From Rhodosorus marinus CCMP1338 (Eukaryota; Plantae; Rhodophyta): DNA of 64,000 nt. The notes beneath the pieces are model-generated. The model worked only from the letters and a program-made list of their open reading frames with translations, did no database searches and was not told the origin of the DNA. The position numbers and the translations under genes were made by a program. The stretch lies in NCBI GenBank assembly GCA_029953675.1, contig JAMWBK010000009.1:930001-994000 (forward strand), given 5' to 3'. This document shows positions 61,666 to 64,000 of this stretch, piece by piece. Every line of letters begins with the position of its first letter. The first letter of the stretch is position 1.

Positions 61666-64000
61666 ATGTGATTTCTTGAGCCTGTCCTGTGGAGTGTTGT
61701 GTTTTTTTGGACAGCGCTTTTTTCTGGCCGATCTGTGACCGCCTTGAGGACAAACGTTGGGGCCTAAAATTTTTGGTACTTTTGACTTCTGGCAAAATGT
61801 AGGCAAGGACAGATTGTCTCGAACACAAGCCCTCAGAGTCTTCCGCACGTAGCTGCTAGAGAAGGAAAAATGAATTGCCCAAGCATTTCATTCAGGAAGA
61901 ACGTGGCGCTCAAATGTGAAACGGTCAACCCGAAACTTGAGATGTACTCGGGACCAGGAATAGCAACTGTTGTTGTTGCTGTTGTTGGAATAACACAATC
62001 ACAGCAACCATCAAGGCGCTCCAGCATTATTCGAAGCAGACTTGGAAAACCAACCACTTGCTCACAATGATACTGGGTGGAAGAGGTGGGTGAGCGGAGG
62101 GAGGACTTGTGGTTCCCCAGCCAACTTTGTGTAAAGGATGCATCCCCTTCCAAGGCCTTCACCCCTTCCATTCCAGCTTTCGTAGCTGTTCCTCATGCAA
62201 GTAGATTCATCCATTCCCACAAGGCAAACACAGCCCTCCTTTTCAGAAACAGGTGGGCAAAGTTCGAAGGAATGTATGAGATACTACAACTGCCAAAATA
62301 CCTTTCGTTTTCCGACCTGGATTCCTCCCCAACAGCTGCCGTGTCTCAATCAATAGTTAGTGTGCCGTTACCTCAGTTATCCCCCCCCCCAAAAGACCAT
62401 TCCGACTCTTAACGCAGAAGTGGGACATTGCAGAAAAGCCTCTTTGATATCGAATTTTTGTCTTCCAAAACGAGTTTAGAACAAATTAAATTTCATTTTT
62501 TTCCAATTATTTCCCAGTCGATCCTAAAAAAGGCACTTTAAATTACCACGTGTCCTACAATCCTGGAAATTCTTATATGTTCTTTCCAAGAAATACGCGT
62601 CTGGGACATAGTCTGAATTCCATATTCCTAGAATAGTTCTGGGCGAGTTAATTCAAAACGGTGTGCTTGGCTCTACCAATTATCGTGACCTGCAACCGGT
62701 GATCAGCGAATGATTATTAGCAAGTTGTCTCAATGTCAGTCTTACAGTTTTAACTTACCAATCATATATGAAGAAAGTTAAGAATCTGCGTCCGGATTCT
62801 TCAGAAAAAGTCAATGATTGGTCAGAAGATTGAAGAGTTGTGATTCCTTCGAAATATGAAATCTCGTGGATTATCTGCGGGATGTGTAATTGGCGGGGAA
62901 ATGGAATTGCAAAAATAATTTGCACAATAAATCCGTTCGGCAAAGTACACTCACAGATTCAATGGGTAGACACTCGGCCCCCTTAGACAAGGTGCGTACA
63001 AAACCCTCAATCGCTCCCACCCCCCCCCACCTCTCTTGAATTTTTATGCGACAATAATAAATATGTTTAAATATGAGAAGAAAAATGAATTTGCTCCCGA
63101 AAAGCAACAACGTGCTGGAAGATATTCCTCCAACCCTCTAACCCATACACTTGCACAATCTCCATTTACATTTGCTTTGCGAGATGAGGGGTGTGCGAAG
63201 TGGACTGTTTAGCAATCTTGTAGAAACATCGTCGACACGCTCAAAAGGATAAAAATATAGGAAAATCCCTCGGTCCGCAAAAGAAAAATGGTGGGGCTTC
63301 TAGAGGCCTCCTCCGGGCCATTCATGTTGTCCATCGGATACACTCCTCCATCTCCCCCTTTTACAATTTAACAACATACTTATGATTACCAAATTACTCC
63401 AATCTCTCCTCAGGAGGCCCCCCCGTGCCAAGCCGATCCTACCAAATTATGCTTTTCTTTAAAAACATACAACGAATAGCCGAAAAATAGATATTTTGAT
63501 TAGAAAAAAATGACATCAGTATCTCCATAGGTCAACTCAGTAGAAAAGCGATCTAATGGTTCCCATTGATTGGTCAGAGCATTCCATTCCTGACGGCTTG
63601 TCATCTCGAACTTTCTCCCATCAAAATCCCCTTCTTTGTTTTCAATACTTTTTAAAGGACTGTCCATTGCACCCCTCCCAAAAATAAACTTTATTCAATA
63701 TTCATCACCGCCTCCCCCCCCCCCTTTCCGAAAACAAGAAAGTCCTGTCGCATATCTGACGTCCTGGCTCCTCTGTTACACATCCCTCTCCCTCCCCCCC
63801 TCTCAGAGTGTGTAGCCCACAAGACGGGTGACGCCCACACGAAAAACCTTGGAAAATATTTATATAATTTATATATTTTCATGTCGCGGATAGGTTTCCA
63901 GAAAAGACCTATACAAGTCACCACAGCTGTCATCAAATTTTCTAATTTTGTATTGTCGTCAAGAAGTTTGATTGGTTTGTTGAATTTCTTTAAAACATTA

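Noticed and set aside
61833-62171. ORF containing GPEYISSF, reminiscent of the retroviral integrase D-x-G-x-E-F region
   Set aside because: No DDE spacing, zinc finger, RT or LTRs nearby; the similarity is too short.

Overview
This is eukaryotic nuclear DNA, not prokaryotic. Genes are compact and split by short (~70-170 bp) GT-AG introns, and several carry plastid-type transit peptides (RETICULATA-like, SDR, ClpS, SSP411-like, a Tat-signal hydrolase). Together with the gene set this points to a compact algal genome, probably a unicellular red alga (inference, not checked). I can support about 19 protein-coding genes: STE20/MST-like kinase, Gon7-like small protein, RETICULATA-related protein, CRT10-like WD40 protein, SDR, membrane-anchored GLTP, divergent VPS35, bZIP factor, two PPR proteins with C-terminal SMR-like domains, ClpS, histidine phosphatase, adenylate kinase, ERGIC3/Erv46, an unknown tail-anchored protein, mitochondrial bL32, a pseudo-peptidase, a PB1 + tandem peptidoglycan-binding-domain protein, SSP411/SPATA20 and NSUN6. 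Most short ORFs in the supplied track are exon fragments or antisense shadows. I found no CRISPR array, rRNA, intact tRNA or intact transposon. Three observations stand out: (1) an intronless, apparently cytosolic protein combining a p62/NBR1-type self-polymerising PB1 domain with two peptidoglycan-binding-like domains; (2) two introns in one PPR gene that are ~91% identical over 54 nt while their flanking exons are highly diverged; (3) a 34-bp near-perfect hairpin upstream of the PB1 gene. Exon boundaries were inferred by eye and domain calls were made from remembered motifs, without database searches.
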